DNA of 64,000 nucleotides from Kofleriaceae bacterium (GTDB taxonomy: Bacteria; Myxococcota_A; Polyangia; Haliangiales; Haliangiaceae): positions 14,265 to 78,264 of the forward strand of contig JBDTJY010000032.1 in assembly GCA_039935615.1 (NCBI GenBank), in the 5' to 3' direction. Positions 1 through 9,406 of this stretch are shown here, in pieces (position 1 is the first letter of the stretch; each line of letters starts with the position of its first letter). A model generated the notes under the pieces. The model was not told where the DNA came from and ran no database searches. It saw nothing but the letters and a program-made list of their open reading frames with translations. The position numbers and the translations under genes were made by a program.

Positions 1-557
1 CCGAAGTAGAACGCCGCACCGAACGCGCCCTCGGCAGGGTTCGTGCCGGTGACCGCGGTCGCATCCTCGGCCGGCGAGCTATCGACACCGTCCTCGATGC
101 AGTGAAACACACCCGCGAAGCCGGCGCGCCACACCGTGCGGCTCTCGCTGCCGGCGAGGTACGGCGCCTTCGGATTGTCGAAGTACATCGTCAGCCGCGT
201 CGGGCCGGCGCTGTCCACGTGCGGGACGCGCAACCACACGAGCGCGCCGCGGCTCGCCGAGATCGCTTCGATCTCGAATGGCAGGTCGACGCCCGAGGCA
301 TCGGTGAAGCGCAGGTCGTGACCATCGGCGGCGTAGCGTTTCGGATCGATGCGATCCGGCGTGATCCGGATCGGTACCGGGAAATCGTCGAGCGGCTGCT
401 CCGCGTGGACGTCGATCGCGAGCGCGACCCGCGCGCCCCACCCGGGCCGCGGCGAACGCTTCGCGCTCGGTGGCGTCGCGTGACCTCCGCACGCGGCGAC
501 CACGAGGACGCTAGCGCATCGCGATGAACGCCATGTGAACCCCGCCATCCTTGCCAT
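1..557 (-). CDS. Lipoprotein with DUF2341/LamG-like region; 5' part only, gene runs off the left edge of the window
   Basis: Absent from the ORF track because its stop codon lies outside the window. My own minus-strand translation gives MARMAGFTWRSSRCASVLVVAACGGHATPPSAKRSPRPGWGARVALAIDVHAEQPLDDFPVPIRITPDRIDPKRYAADGHDLRFTDASGVDLPFEIEAISASRGALVWLRVPHVDSAGPTRLTMYFDNPKAPYLAGSES... This is a signal peptide plus lipobox (VVAAC), then a motif pattern I associate with DUF2341. Third codon positions are almost all G/C. ATG at 557 (or 548); it overlaps the 3' end of pgeF by about 40 nt. Confidence 0.55.
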   Translation of the reverse strand, partial: MARMAGFTWRSSRCASVLVVAACGGHATPPSAKRSPRPGWGARVALAIDVHAEQPLDDFPVPIRITPDRIDPKRYAADGHDLRFTDASGVDLPFEIEAISASRGALVWLRVPHVDSAGPTRLTMYFDNPKAPYLAGSESRTVWRAGFAGVFHCIEDGVDSSPAEDATAVTGTNPAEGAFGAAFYF

Positions 558-1266
558 CGCGACGATAGCTGAAGAATCGACCGGGTTCGCACTTCGTACA
601 CGGTGGTTGATCATCGAGGTGATCGGGCGCGACGCCCGCGCGCTCGAGCGACGTGCGCAGCGCGACGCGCAGATCGAGGTGGTCTTTGTGCGGGCCCTGG
701 ACGACCAGCTTCGGCACGTCGCCGAACGCACCGCGGAACTCTTCCACGACCTCCGGGCCGACCTCGAAGCAGCACGGTCCGATCGAAGGGCCGAGTGCGA
801 CGCGGATCCGTGCCGGCTGCGCGCCGAGCTCGGTCATCCGCGCGATCGTGTTCGCCGCAACGCCATTCACCGTGCCGCGCCAGCCGGCGTGACATGCCCC
901 GATCACCCGGGCCTCGGGATCCGCGAACAGGATCGGAACGCAATCGGCCGCAAATGCGCCGAGCACTGGCCCCGGTCGATCGCAGACGAGGCCGTCGAAC
1001 TCGGCATCCGCGGCCAGTGGCTCGCCAACCGCCCAGACGGCGGTCCCGTGGACGTGGCGGGTCGCCTGGAGCTCGGCCGGTTCGTAGCCGGCGTGCACCG
1101 CGAGCAGCCGCCGATTCTCCTCGACCACCTCGGGTCCATCGCCCCAGCGCTTACCCAGATTCAGCGACGTCCGGGCGCCGGTCGAGACGCCACCGGTGCG
1201 CTCCGGGAAGCCGTGCACGAAGCCTTCGGTGGGCAGAACCGGCGACGTGTAGAGGCGGATCGCCAT
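511..1266 (-). CDS. pgeF: YfiH/PgeF family (DUF152, laccase-domain) protein
   Basis: C-terminal 251 aa of track ORF 511..1992, starting MAIRLYTSPVLPTEGFVHGFPERTGGVS. Family motifs ACHAGWRG and GPCCFEVG are present. The upstream 242 aa of the track ORF are Arg-rich shadow sequence. ATG checked at 1266..1264. Confidence 0.9.
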   Translation of the reverse strand: MAIRLYTSPVLPTEGFVHGFPERTGGVSTGARTSLNLGKRWGDGPEVVEENRRLLAVHAGYEPAELQATRHVHGTAVWAVGEPLAADAEFDGLVCDRPGPVLGAFAADCVPILFADPEARVIGACHAGWRGTVNGVAANTIARMTELGAQPARIRVALGPSIGPCCFEVGPEVVEEFRGAFGDVPKLVVQGPHKDHLDLRVALRTSLERAGVAPDHLDDQPPCTKCEPGRFFSYRRDGKDGGVHMAFIAMR

Positions 1267-1308
1267 CGCCGAGCTTCTAGCACATCGTCGCCATGATATC
1301 GTCGCCCC

Positions 1309-1767
1309 ATGATTCCGTACGATGACCTGGTCGCCGCGCTGCAGGCATGGCGTGCTCGCCAGGGCTTGCCGGTGGCCGCGCCCTCGGCAGGCTCTGTGCC
1401 CGCGACCATGACCGCGCCCGGCTCTGGTCCGCGCACCGCGCCACCTCCACCGCGCACGAATCCGCCGGCACCGCCGCCGCCGATGGCTGCACGCACGCCG
1501 ATGCCGCTCGAGGCTCCCGACGAGACCCACGAGGAGATTCACGACGGTGACGCGATCGAGGAGCACGCGCTGATCGAGGAGTCGCACTACGAAAGCGAAG
1601 GCGACGACTTCGCGATGTCGTTCGCCGCCGACGGTCACAACGGTCATGTCTCCGGTGCCGAAGCCGATGGCACCGAGACCGTGGTCGGGCACGATCCACT
1701 CGAGCCCGAGCATCCCGAGCTTCCGGATCCGGCCGCCGCGCAACGCAGCGGTCGCGACGACTGGTGA
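1309..1767 (+). CDS. Hypothetical protein with a Pro-rich centre and an acidic C-terminal half
   Basis: Track ORF of 152 aa with an ATG start. G/C-rich third positions. Its stop overlaps the next start (ATGA at 1764). No family recognised. Confidence 0.55.
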   Translation: MIPYDDLVAALQAWRARQGLPVAAPSAGSVPATMTAPGSGPRTAPPPPRTNPPAPPPPMAARTPMPLEAPDETHEEIHDGDAIEEHALIEESHYESEGDDFAMSFAADGHNGHVSGAEADGTETVVGHDPLEPEHPELPDPAAAQRSGRDDW

Positions 1768-2594
1768 GCCTGTTCGCCGCGGCGCCTGCCGAGGTCCTCG
1801 ACGTCGAGCTCCTCGCGCGCCAACCCGGCGGAGCCGCGCTCGCGCGCGTGACCGCGACGCCCGAAGGCGCGCTGCTCGCCACCGGCACGCTCGTGCTGGT
1901 CGGTCCCACCGATCCGTGCGGCGAGTGCGAAGTTTGCCGACGCGGCGGTGCCGCCGTCTGCGCGCATGCCCGCCCGCGCGATCCGATCGCATGGACCGCG
2001 CAGCTCTCGAGCCGCTGGCTGGTCGCGCTCGGCGACGGGCTCGAGCTCCCCTCGCCCGCCGCCGCCGCGGTCGCCGGCGACCTCGCGGTCGCGTACACGC
2101 TGTACGCGCGGACCGGGCTCGCGCCGCGCGATCCGGTCGTGGTCACCGGCACGACGCCGATCACGCGGTTCCTCGTCGAGATCCTCCGTGCGAAGGGCCT
2201 CACGCCGGTGGTCGTCACCGATCACGCCGAGCTCGCGGCCTGGGCGATCGGCAAGGCCGCGCACGTCGCGACCGATCGCGACGGCGTGATCGCGGCGACC
2301 CACACGCTCGGGCTCGGCGCGCGACCGCTGCGCGTGATCGCGACCGACGCCGCCAGCCTGCCACTCGCCGCCGAGCTCGCCGGTCCGCGCGCGACTCTCA
2401 CGGTGCTCTCACCTGCCGCGGATCTTCCCGGCTCGTTGATCGCCCGCGAGGTCACGATCATCGGCGTCGCCGGTGCTCACCCCGATCTCGTCACCGAGGT
2501 CGCGGCGATGTGCGCGAAGGGCGAGATCGATCTGGTCGGCGGGACGACCGCCGATCGATCCGACCCGACGCGCGCGATCGTGATCGCGCGCTAG
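1764..2594 (+). CDS. Zinc-type alcohol dehydrogenase-like (MDR superfamily) protein, N-terminally short
   Basis: 276 aa. Structural-zinc motif CGECEVCRRGGAAVC, followed by a Rossmann-like VVVTGTTPITRFLVEILRAKG. Translationally coupled to the upstream ORF. Confidence 0.7.
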   Translation: MSLFAAAPAEVLDVELLARQPGGAALARVTATPEGALLATGTLVLVGPTDPCGECEVCRRGGAAVCAHARPRDPIAWTAQLSSRWLVALGDGLELPSPAAAAVAGDLAVAYTLYARTGLAPRDPVVVTGTTPITRFLVEILRAKGLTPVVVTDHAELAAWAIGKAAHVATDRDGVIAATHTLGLGARPLRVIATDAASLPLAAELAGPRATLTVLSPAADLPGSLIAREVTIIGVAGAHPDLVTEVAAMCAKGEIDLVGGTTADRSDPTRAIVIAR

Positions 2595-4438
2595 CGAGCG
2601 ATCAGAACGATCAACAGGACGAGCGCGACCACGCCGATCGCGATCGCGATCAGGATCTTGCCTCGGCCGCCCTTCATCTCGCCGATCAGCGCGTCTTCCG
2701 AAACCTTGTGGCTGCCACTCGCGCCCGGCGGGCTCTCGCCGGGGCGCAGCGCGGCCATCATCTGCGTCGCGCCGGTGCGCAGCGAGTACTTCTCTTTGTC
2801 GCCGCGCGAGATCGAGCCGTCGTCTTTGTAGCGCTCGTCCATCGGCAACGAGTCGGCCTTGTCGGCGGCGACGTCCTTACCCGTACGCGCGCGCTCCTCG
2901 GCGGCGGCGACCGCCGCTTGGGTATCGAGGTCGCCCTTCTTGAACCACATCGTCTCGCGGAACTTGCCCTTCTGCGACTGCGGCTCGGGCGCCTTCTGCT
3001 TGCCGGCGGCACCAGCGGCGGCGACGGTGGCGACCACCGGTGCGGCGAGCACGGGCGCGGCGAGCACGGGTGCGGCGACGACCGGCGCAGCGACGGCGAC
3101 GGGCGCTGCGACCGCCGGCGGGGCCCACGGCGAACCCTGCGGTGCCTGCGGTACCGAATCGGGGACGATCTGCGCCTGCATCATCTGCGCGGGCTGCGCC
3201 TGCAGCGGCTGCGGCATCGGTTGCGCTTGCATCGGCGCGGCCTGCATCGGCGGCGCCTGCAACGGCTGCGTCGGCGCGTCGTGCGCACCGCTCGAGACCC
3301 CGACCATCGTCGACTGCATGACGGGCGCGGACTTCGACTGTGCGATCGGCGCTGCGACCGACGGCACGCCGGTGCCGACCGTCGGGGCCGAGGCGATCGG
3401 TGGAGCGACGTACGGCTTCGCCGGCTCGCCACCACCGCCGTGACGAACCCCCATCAGCGTCGACACGAGCTCCGCTTTCGGGCGCGCCGCGCGGCTGCCC
3501 TGCGGGAGTGTGGACTTCAGCTCGATCACGTCACCGCGACCGGCGCGACCGACCCGGCCGACCTCGTCGACGAACTGGCGCACGGTCAGGAAGCGCTTGG
3601 TCGGGCTGCGATCGAGTGCGCGCATGATCACGGTCTCGATCGGCGAGCCCGGGTTGATGCCACCGATCAACTGCGACGGCGGGCGGATCGTCCCGCTCTG
3701 ATGCTGGCGATGCACCTCCTCGGCGGAGCCCGAGAACACGGTCTGGCCGGTGAGCACGTAGTAGTACAAGGCCCCGAGCGAATACAGGTTCGATCGCTGA
3801 TCGACCGGGCGACCATCGACCTGCTCGGGCGCGACGAACTCGGCGACGCCGGGGACCTTGTCGGTGGTCGGGACCGGCAACGAGAAGTTGATCAGCTTGA
3901 CGTCCTGCCCCGCGAACAACACGTTCTTCGGCGCGAGATCGCGATGCACGACGCCGACCTGCGCGGCTTCGATCAGCGCTTCACCGACGACCTCGATCAG
4001 ATCGGCGGCCTGCTCCGGCGCGATCGGCCCACGGGCGGTGATCGCCGCGGCCAGCGTATGCGCGCCCTCGAGCAGCTCCATCGCCACCCAGGTCTCGTCG
4101 CCCGCACGCTTTCCGGAGGCCAGCACGCGCGCCACGCCGGCGCTTTGTACGCGCTCGAGCTGGCGGAGCTCGCGCTCCAACCGCTGGGCGACCCCGGGCA
4201 AACCGACCACGTTGGCGGCCACCAGCTTCACGACCACCGGCTGTTTGGTGGTCTTGTCGGCCGCCCGATGGACCGCACCGGTCCGGGTACCGCCTACCCG
4301 GGCCGCGAGGTCGAACCGGGCGGCCAGGCTGTCGCCCCCCGCCGCCGGCGCCTCCAGCGGCGCCAAGCGGGCCGCGTCGACGGGGCAGAAGTTGGCGTCA
4401 TCGCTGAATTGCTTCTGGCACTTCGGGCAAAGCTTCAT
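2591..4438 (-). CDS. Ser/Thr protein kinase with N-terminal zinc ribbon, low-complexity Pro/Ala/Gln/Met region and C-terminal TM anchor
   Basis: 615 aa. MKLCPKCQKQFSDDANFCPVD (zinc ribbon). Kinase catalytic loop VVHRDLAPKNVL and FVAPEQ. C-terminal ILIAIAIGVVALVLLIVLIAR. ATG checked at 4438..4436. Confidence 0.9.
   Translation of the reverse strand: MKLCPKCQKQFSDDANFCPVDAARLAPLEAPAAGGDSLAARFDLAARVGGTRTGAVHRAADKTTKQPVVVKLVAANVVGLPGVAQRLERELRQLERVQSAGVARVLASGKRAGDETWVAMELLEGAHTLAAAITARGPIAPEQAADLIEVVGEALIEAAQVGVVHRDLAPKNVLFAGQDVKLINFSLPVPTTDKVPGVAEFVAPEQVDGRPVDQRSNLYSLGALYYYVLTGQTVFSGSAEEVHRQHQSGTIRPPSQLIGGINPGSPIETVIMRALDRSPTKRFLTVRQFVDEVGRVGRAGRGDVIELKSTLPQGSRAARPKAELVSTLMGVRHGGGGEPAKPYVAPPIASAPTVGTGVPSVAAPIAQSKSAPVMQSTMVGVSSGAHDAPTQPLQAPPMQAAPMQAQPMPQPLQAQPAQMMQAQIVPDSVPQAPQGSPWAPPAVAAPVAVAAPVVAAPVLAAPVLAAPVVATVAAAGAAGKQKAPEPQSQKGKFRETMWFKKGDLDTQAAVAAAEERARTGKDVAADKADSLPMDERYKDDGSISRGDKEKYSLRTGATQMMAALRPGESPPGASGSHKVSEDALIGEMKGGRGKILIAIAIGVVALVLLIVLIAR
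3042..3086 (-). repeat. 15-nt in-frame tandem repeat (GCGGCGAGCACGGGY x2 plus a degenerate third unit) encoding AAPVL/AAPVV pentapeptides inside the kinase
   Basis: Read directly: gcggcgagcacgggc / gcggcgagcacgggt / gcggcgacgaccggc. The protein shows AAPVVAAPVLAAPVLAAPVV. Confidence 0.7.
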
Positions 4439-4488
4439 CTTCGACGTCCCTCAAGAGCCGACAAAACGAATTGCAACGTAGCACACGA

Positions 4489-4518
4489 TTGACACGTCAG
4501 GCGCCGGAGCGCTAGAAA
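4489..4518 (+). promoter_or_regulatory. Candidate sigma70-type promoter TTGACA-N18-TAGAAA
   Basis: ttgaca at 4489..4494 and tagaaa at 4513..4518, in an otherwise GC-rich intergenic region. The -10 ends 9 nt before the ATG at 4528, which implies a near-leaderless mRNA. Confidence 0.35.
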
Positions 4519-4527
4519 CTGCCCGTC

Positions 4528-4689
4528 ATGGCTTCGAACACCAAATCGACCACCGTCAAGCGCAAGAACAAGCATGAGAAGGCGGGTCGCCGCCGCAAGA
4601 ACAAGCTCGCGAGGAAGTCGACCGCGAGCCGCGTCGAGCTGTTCGCGGCGCTCGGCGAGCCCGGCAAGCCGGCTCCCAAAGCGAAGTAA
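4528..4689 (+). CDS. Small (53 aa) highly basic Lys/Arg-rich protein, function unknown
   Basis: Below the ORF-track size cut-off. My translation: MASNTKSTTVKRKNKHEKAGRRRKNKLARKSTASRVELFAALGEPGKPAPKAK. It uses the preferred AAG/AAC/CGC codons, is flanked by a promoter-like element, and is followed 21 nt later by a canonical intrinsic terminator. Confidence 0.55.
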   Translation: MASNTKSTTVKRKNKHEKAGRRRKNKLARKSTASRVELFAALGEPGKPAPKAK

Positions 4690-4710
4690 CTCGCTCGGCG
4701 GTTGCGAGCT

Positions 4711-4736
4711 CGCGCGTCGTACGGCGCGCGTTTTTT
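4711..4736 (+). terminator. Rho-independent terminator (8-bp GC stem, GUAC loop, U6)
   Basis: cgcgcgtc-gtac-ggcgcgcg (one G-U pair) followed by tttttt. On the opposite strand it is preceded by an A-run, so it may also act weakly on rel. Confidence 0.75.
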
Positions 4737-4747
4737 CGTTTCGGCGA

Positions 4748-6916
<2,169 letters not shown>

Positions 6917-6962
6917 GGTGCGTGATCCCGCTCAGGGTACCACGCAGCGCGTCGTCCGCCCT

Positions 6963-6988
6963 ACTAGCCGGTCATACTAGCCGGTCAT
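6963..6988. repeat. Perfect 13-bp tandem duplication ACTAGCCGGTCAT x2
   Basis: Read directly (6963..6975 and 6976..6988). The second unit contains the stop codon of the lipoprotein gene. It lies 47-72 nt upstream of the rel start. Confidence 0.9.
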
Positions 6989-7704
6989 CCGGGTGTGTCG
7001 GTCGACGCGACGTCGTCTTGGAATCGCCAGACGAACTCGAACACCTGGCCGGACCGGTGGACTCGCAGCTTCATCCACCGGACCTTCGCCGTAAACAAGT
7101 CGCGCTGATAGAACACGAAGTCGCCGTTGCCGCGCCACACCGAGAGCGAGCCGAGCGGCTTGCGATTGCGCCAGCCATCGTTCGCGAAACCGATGGTGTT
7201 GAGGCAGTTGCCGAGGGCGTTGCGGCCCTGGGCATCACAGATCTGCGAGCGCTCCTCCTGATCCCACATCGTGGTGATCACGCGATGGCGGACGTGCTCG
7301 ACCGATTCGGGACTCCAGTGGCGGCCCTGATCATCGGTGAGCTCGACGTCCCACGTGTGGAGGTCCGAGTACTCCTCCCACTTGTGATCGATCTGCACGT
7401 GAAAGCGCAGGCGATCGCGCGACACCATCGTGAAGCTCGCCTGGTTGATCAGCGCCCAGCGATGCATGTGCGCGATGGTCGCGTCGCCCGAGTTCTCGCT
7501 CGGCTGCGCGTCGAGATCTTTGTCGTTCTGATTCGGCGCGGTGAGATCCATATCGCCGGTCACGATCGTGACCTTCGCGGACGTGCGCAACGTCTCTTGC
7601 GGATGCACGAGCGGATTCGGTTGCACCGCCTCGCGCGACCAGGTGCGCGTGCATCCGGTGACGAGTACTGCAGCGACGAGCAACCCCACGCTCACGAACC
7701 GCAT
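6985..7704 (-). CDS. Trp-rich lipoprotein of unknown function
   Basis: 239 aa. Signal peptide plus lipobox MRFVSVGLLVAAVLVTGC. ATG checked at 7704..7702. Normal codon bias. Confidence 0.75.
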   Translation of the reverse strand: MRFVSVGLLVAAVLVTGCTRTWSREAVQPNPLVHPQETLRTSAKVTIVTGDMDLTAPNQNDKDLDAQPSENSGDATIAHMHRWALINQASFTMVSRDRLRFHVQIDHKWEEYSDLHTWDVELTDDQGRHWSPESVEHVRHRVITTMWDQEERSQICDAQGRNALGNCLNTIGFANDGWRNRKPLGSLSVWRGNGDFVFYQRDLFTAKVRWMKLRVHRSGQVFEFVWRFQDDVASTDTPG

Positions 7705-7768
7705 GAATCAAGCGTGGAGGTTTGCCCCTCGGACGTCAACAGTTTCGCGCTATCCGGAGCACCGTACC

Positions 7769-7792
7769 GTCGCACCCGATTCTCGGTGCGAC
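7769..7792 (-). terminator. Possible terminator hairpin after gmk (8-bp stem, no U tract)
   Basis: gtcgcacc-cgattctc-ggtgcgac, starting 3 nt past the gmk stop. There is no T-run, so function is uncertain. Confidence 0.3.
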
Positions 7793-7794
7793 AG

Positions 7795-8496
7795 TCAGTC
7801 GAGCAGCGACTTCGCGTGCGCCTCAGCCGCCGACGGATCGCCGATCTTCGTAGCCAGGGTGGCGAGCGGGTGTGCGACGTCGGGCCGATCGACGGCACCG
7901 TAGCGACGCGTCAAGTAGATCGCGCGTAGCGCGTCGTAGGCGCGATCGAGATCGTCGTTGACGATCAAGTGCTGGTACTCGTTGTAATGACGGAGCTCGT
8001 CCTTCGCCTTGTCGATCCGGCGCTGGATCACCTCGGACGAATCCGTCGCACGGGACCGCAGCCGCGCCTCGAGCGTGGTCAGGTCCGGCGGCAGGACGAA
8101 GATCTTGAGAGAATCTTGGGGCCACATCTCTCCGAGATGCCGGCCGCCCTGCCAGTCGACATCGAAGATCACGTCGCGCCCCGCGGCGAGCGCGGTGTCG
8201 ATCGGCGCCTGCGCCGTGCCGTAGCGGTTGCTAAACACGAACGCGTGCTCGGCAAATTCGTGATCGCGGACCATCGTCTCGAACTGGTCCGCGGTCACGA
8301 ACCAGTAGTCGCGACCGTTGATCTCGCCGGGACGCTGCGGCCGTGTGGTGTAGGACACCGAAAACTCCAGGCGAGGTCCGAACTCGTCGATCAGCCGGCG
8401 CGTGAGCGTGGTCTTGCCGGCCCCCGAGGGCGACGACACGATGACCAGAACTCCACGGTCACTCACGAACCCATAAGTAACATGGCGCTGCGGCAC
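7795..8496 (-). CDS. gmk: Guanylate kinase
   Basis: P-loop VLVIVSSPSGAGKTT and the typical Gmk core. GTG at 8496. An internal GTG at 8466 (MSDRGVLVIV...) is an equally plausible start. Confidence 0.9.
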   Translation of the reverse strand: MPQRHVTYGFVSDRGVLVIVSSPSGAGKTTLTRRLIDEFGPRLEFSVSYTTRPQRPGEINGRDYWFVTADQFETMVRDHEFAEHAFVFSNRYGTAQAPIDTALAAGRDVIFDVDWQGGRHLGEMWPQDSLKIFVLPPDLTTLEARLRSRATDSSEVIQRRIDKAKDELRHYNEYQHLIVNDDLDRAYDALRAIYLTRRYGAVDRPDVAHPLATLATKIGDPSAAEAHAKSLLD

Positions 8497-8522
8497 AGTG
8501 AACTGCGCGCGCCGGGTCCCGG

Positions 8523-9392
8523 CTATTCGACGTTCTGGACCTGCTCGCGCATCTTCTCGAGCACGCTCTTGGCCTCGACGATCGACGCGCTGATCTCGGT
8601 CCGCTGCGACTTCGAGCCGATCGTATTGAGCTCTCGGCCGATCTCTTGGACGAGAAAATCGAGCTTGCGACCGGCCGCCGCGCTGCCGGTCGTGATCGAG
8701 CGGGCTTGATCGAGGTGCGAGCCGAGGCGCACGAGCTCCTCGGTGAGATCGGCGCGCTCGGCGAGGAGCGCGACCTCCTGGGCGAGCCGCGCCGGATCGA
8801 TCGCGGCATCGCCGACGAGCTTGGTGACGCGATCGACCAGCTTCTTGTGCAGTTGTTCGGTGATCCCGGCGGCGTGCGCCTCGATCGTCGCGCGCACCTG
8901 CGCGAGCTCGTCGAGGCGAGACAACAGCTCGCGCTGCAGCGCCGCACCTTCGACTGCACGCATCTCGGAGAGTTGTGCCAGCGCCTGGTCGAGCGCGGCG
9001 AGGATCGCGGTGGCGGCGACGTCGTCATCGTCGTCGTCGTCGTCGTCGGACCCGATCTGGATCACGCCGGGCTGCGCGAGCACGAGCGCGAGATCGGGCG
9101 GCGTCAGGCCGAGCGTCGTCGCCAGGTGGCGCAGCGTGGTGTGCGCGTGATGGGCGGCCGCCTCGTCGATCCGCAGCGCGCCGGCGGTCGCGGTCGGGCG
9201 AGCGACGTGGACCGCCACCGCGACGCTGCCGCGCTCGATGCCAGCGCGAATCTTCGAGGAGATTTGGTCCTCGAGCGCCGGCGCGACGGTCGCGCGCAGC
9301 TTGAGATCGAGGAACCGATGATTGACCGTGCGGAGGTCGACGGTCGCGCGCACGCCGCCGTGCTCGGAGACACCTCGTCCGAAGCCGGTCAT
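8523..9392 (-). CDS. yicC: YicC family stress-induced protein / endoribonuclease with a poly-Asp insertion
   Basis: Starts MTGFGRGVSEHGGVRATVDLRTVNHRFLDLKLR (YicC N-terminal signature). The C-terminus EIGRELNTIGSKSQ...KSVLEKMREQVQNVE matches DUF1732. ATG checked at 9392. The 30-aa extension in the track was rejected. Confidence 0.9.
   Translation of the reverse strand: MTGFGRGVSEHGGVRATVDLRTVNHRFLDLKLRATVAPALEDQISSKIRAGIERGSVAVAVHVARPTATAGALRIDEAAAHHAHTTLRHLATTLGLTPPDLALVLAQPGVIQIGSDDDDDDDDDVAATAILAALDQALAQLSEMRAVEGAALQRELLSRLDELAQVRATIEAHAAGITEQLHKKLVDRVTKLVGDAAIDPARLAQEVALLAERADLTEELVRLGSHLDQARSITTGSAAAGRKLDFLVQEIGRELNTIGSKSQRTEISASIVEAKSVLEKMREQVQNVE
9021..9047 (-). repeat. GAC trinucleotide run encoding nine consecutive Asp inside yicC
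   Basis: Plus strand reads gtc gtc atc (gtc)x6. The protein reads GSDDDDDDDDDVAAT. Confidence 0.9.
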
Positions 9393-9406
9393 GCTGCGCA
9401 CGGGAG

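Noticed and set aside
511-1992. N-terminal extensions of track ORFs: 511..1992, 10090..12291, 13631..16087, 16212..16988, 16510..18345, 29206..30693, 34217..36436, 36043..37464, 37850..41440, 41677..43962, 46092..48206, 47933..49240, 49324..50952 and 52695..58346.
   Set aside because: The homologous or signal-peptide-bearing part starts at an internal ATG or GTG. That start usually overlaps the stop of the upstream gene by 1-4 nt. The upstream parts are Arg-rich and overlap neighbouring genes.
1646-4492. 948-aa track ORF on the plus strand. Similar very long ORFs occur at 53493..58283 (+), 48203..50215 (-), 24594..26918 (-), 12141..14345 (-), 9389..10513 (-), 33956..36139 (+) and 38072..40258 (+).
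   Set aside because: Their translations are dominated by Arg, Ala, Pro, Gly and Asp with no recognisable motifs. Each lies antisense to, or out of frame with, a gene that has clear family signatures. They are typical shadow ORFs of a high-GC genome.
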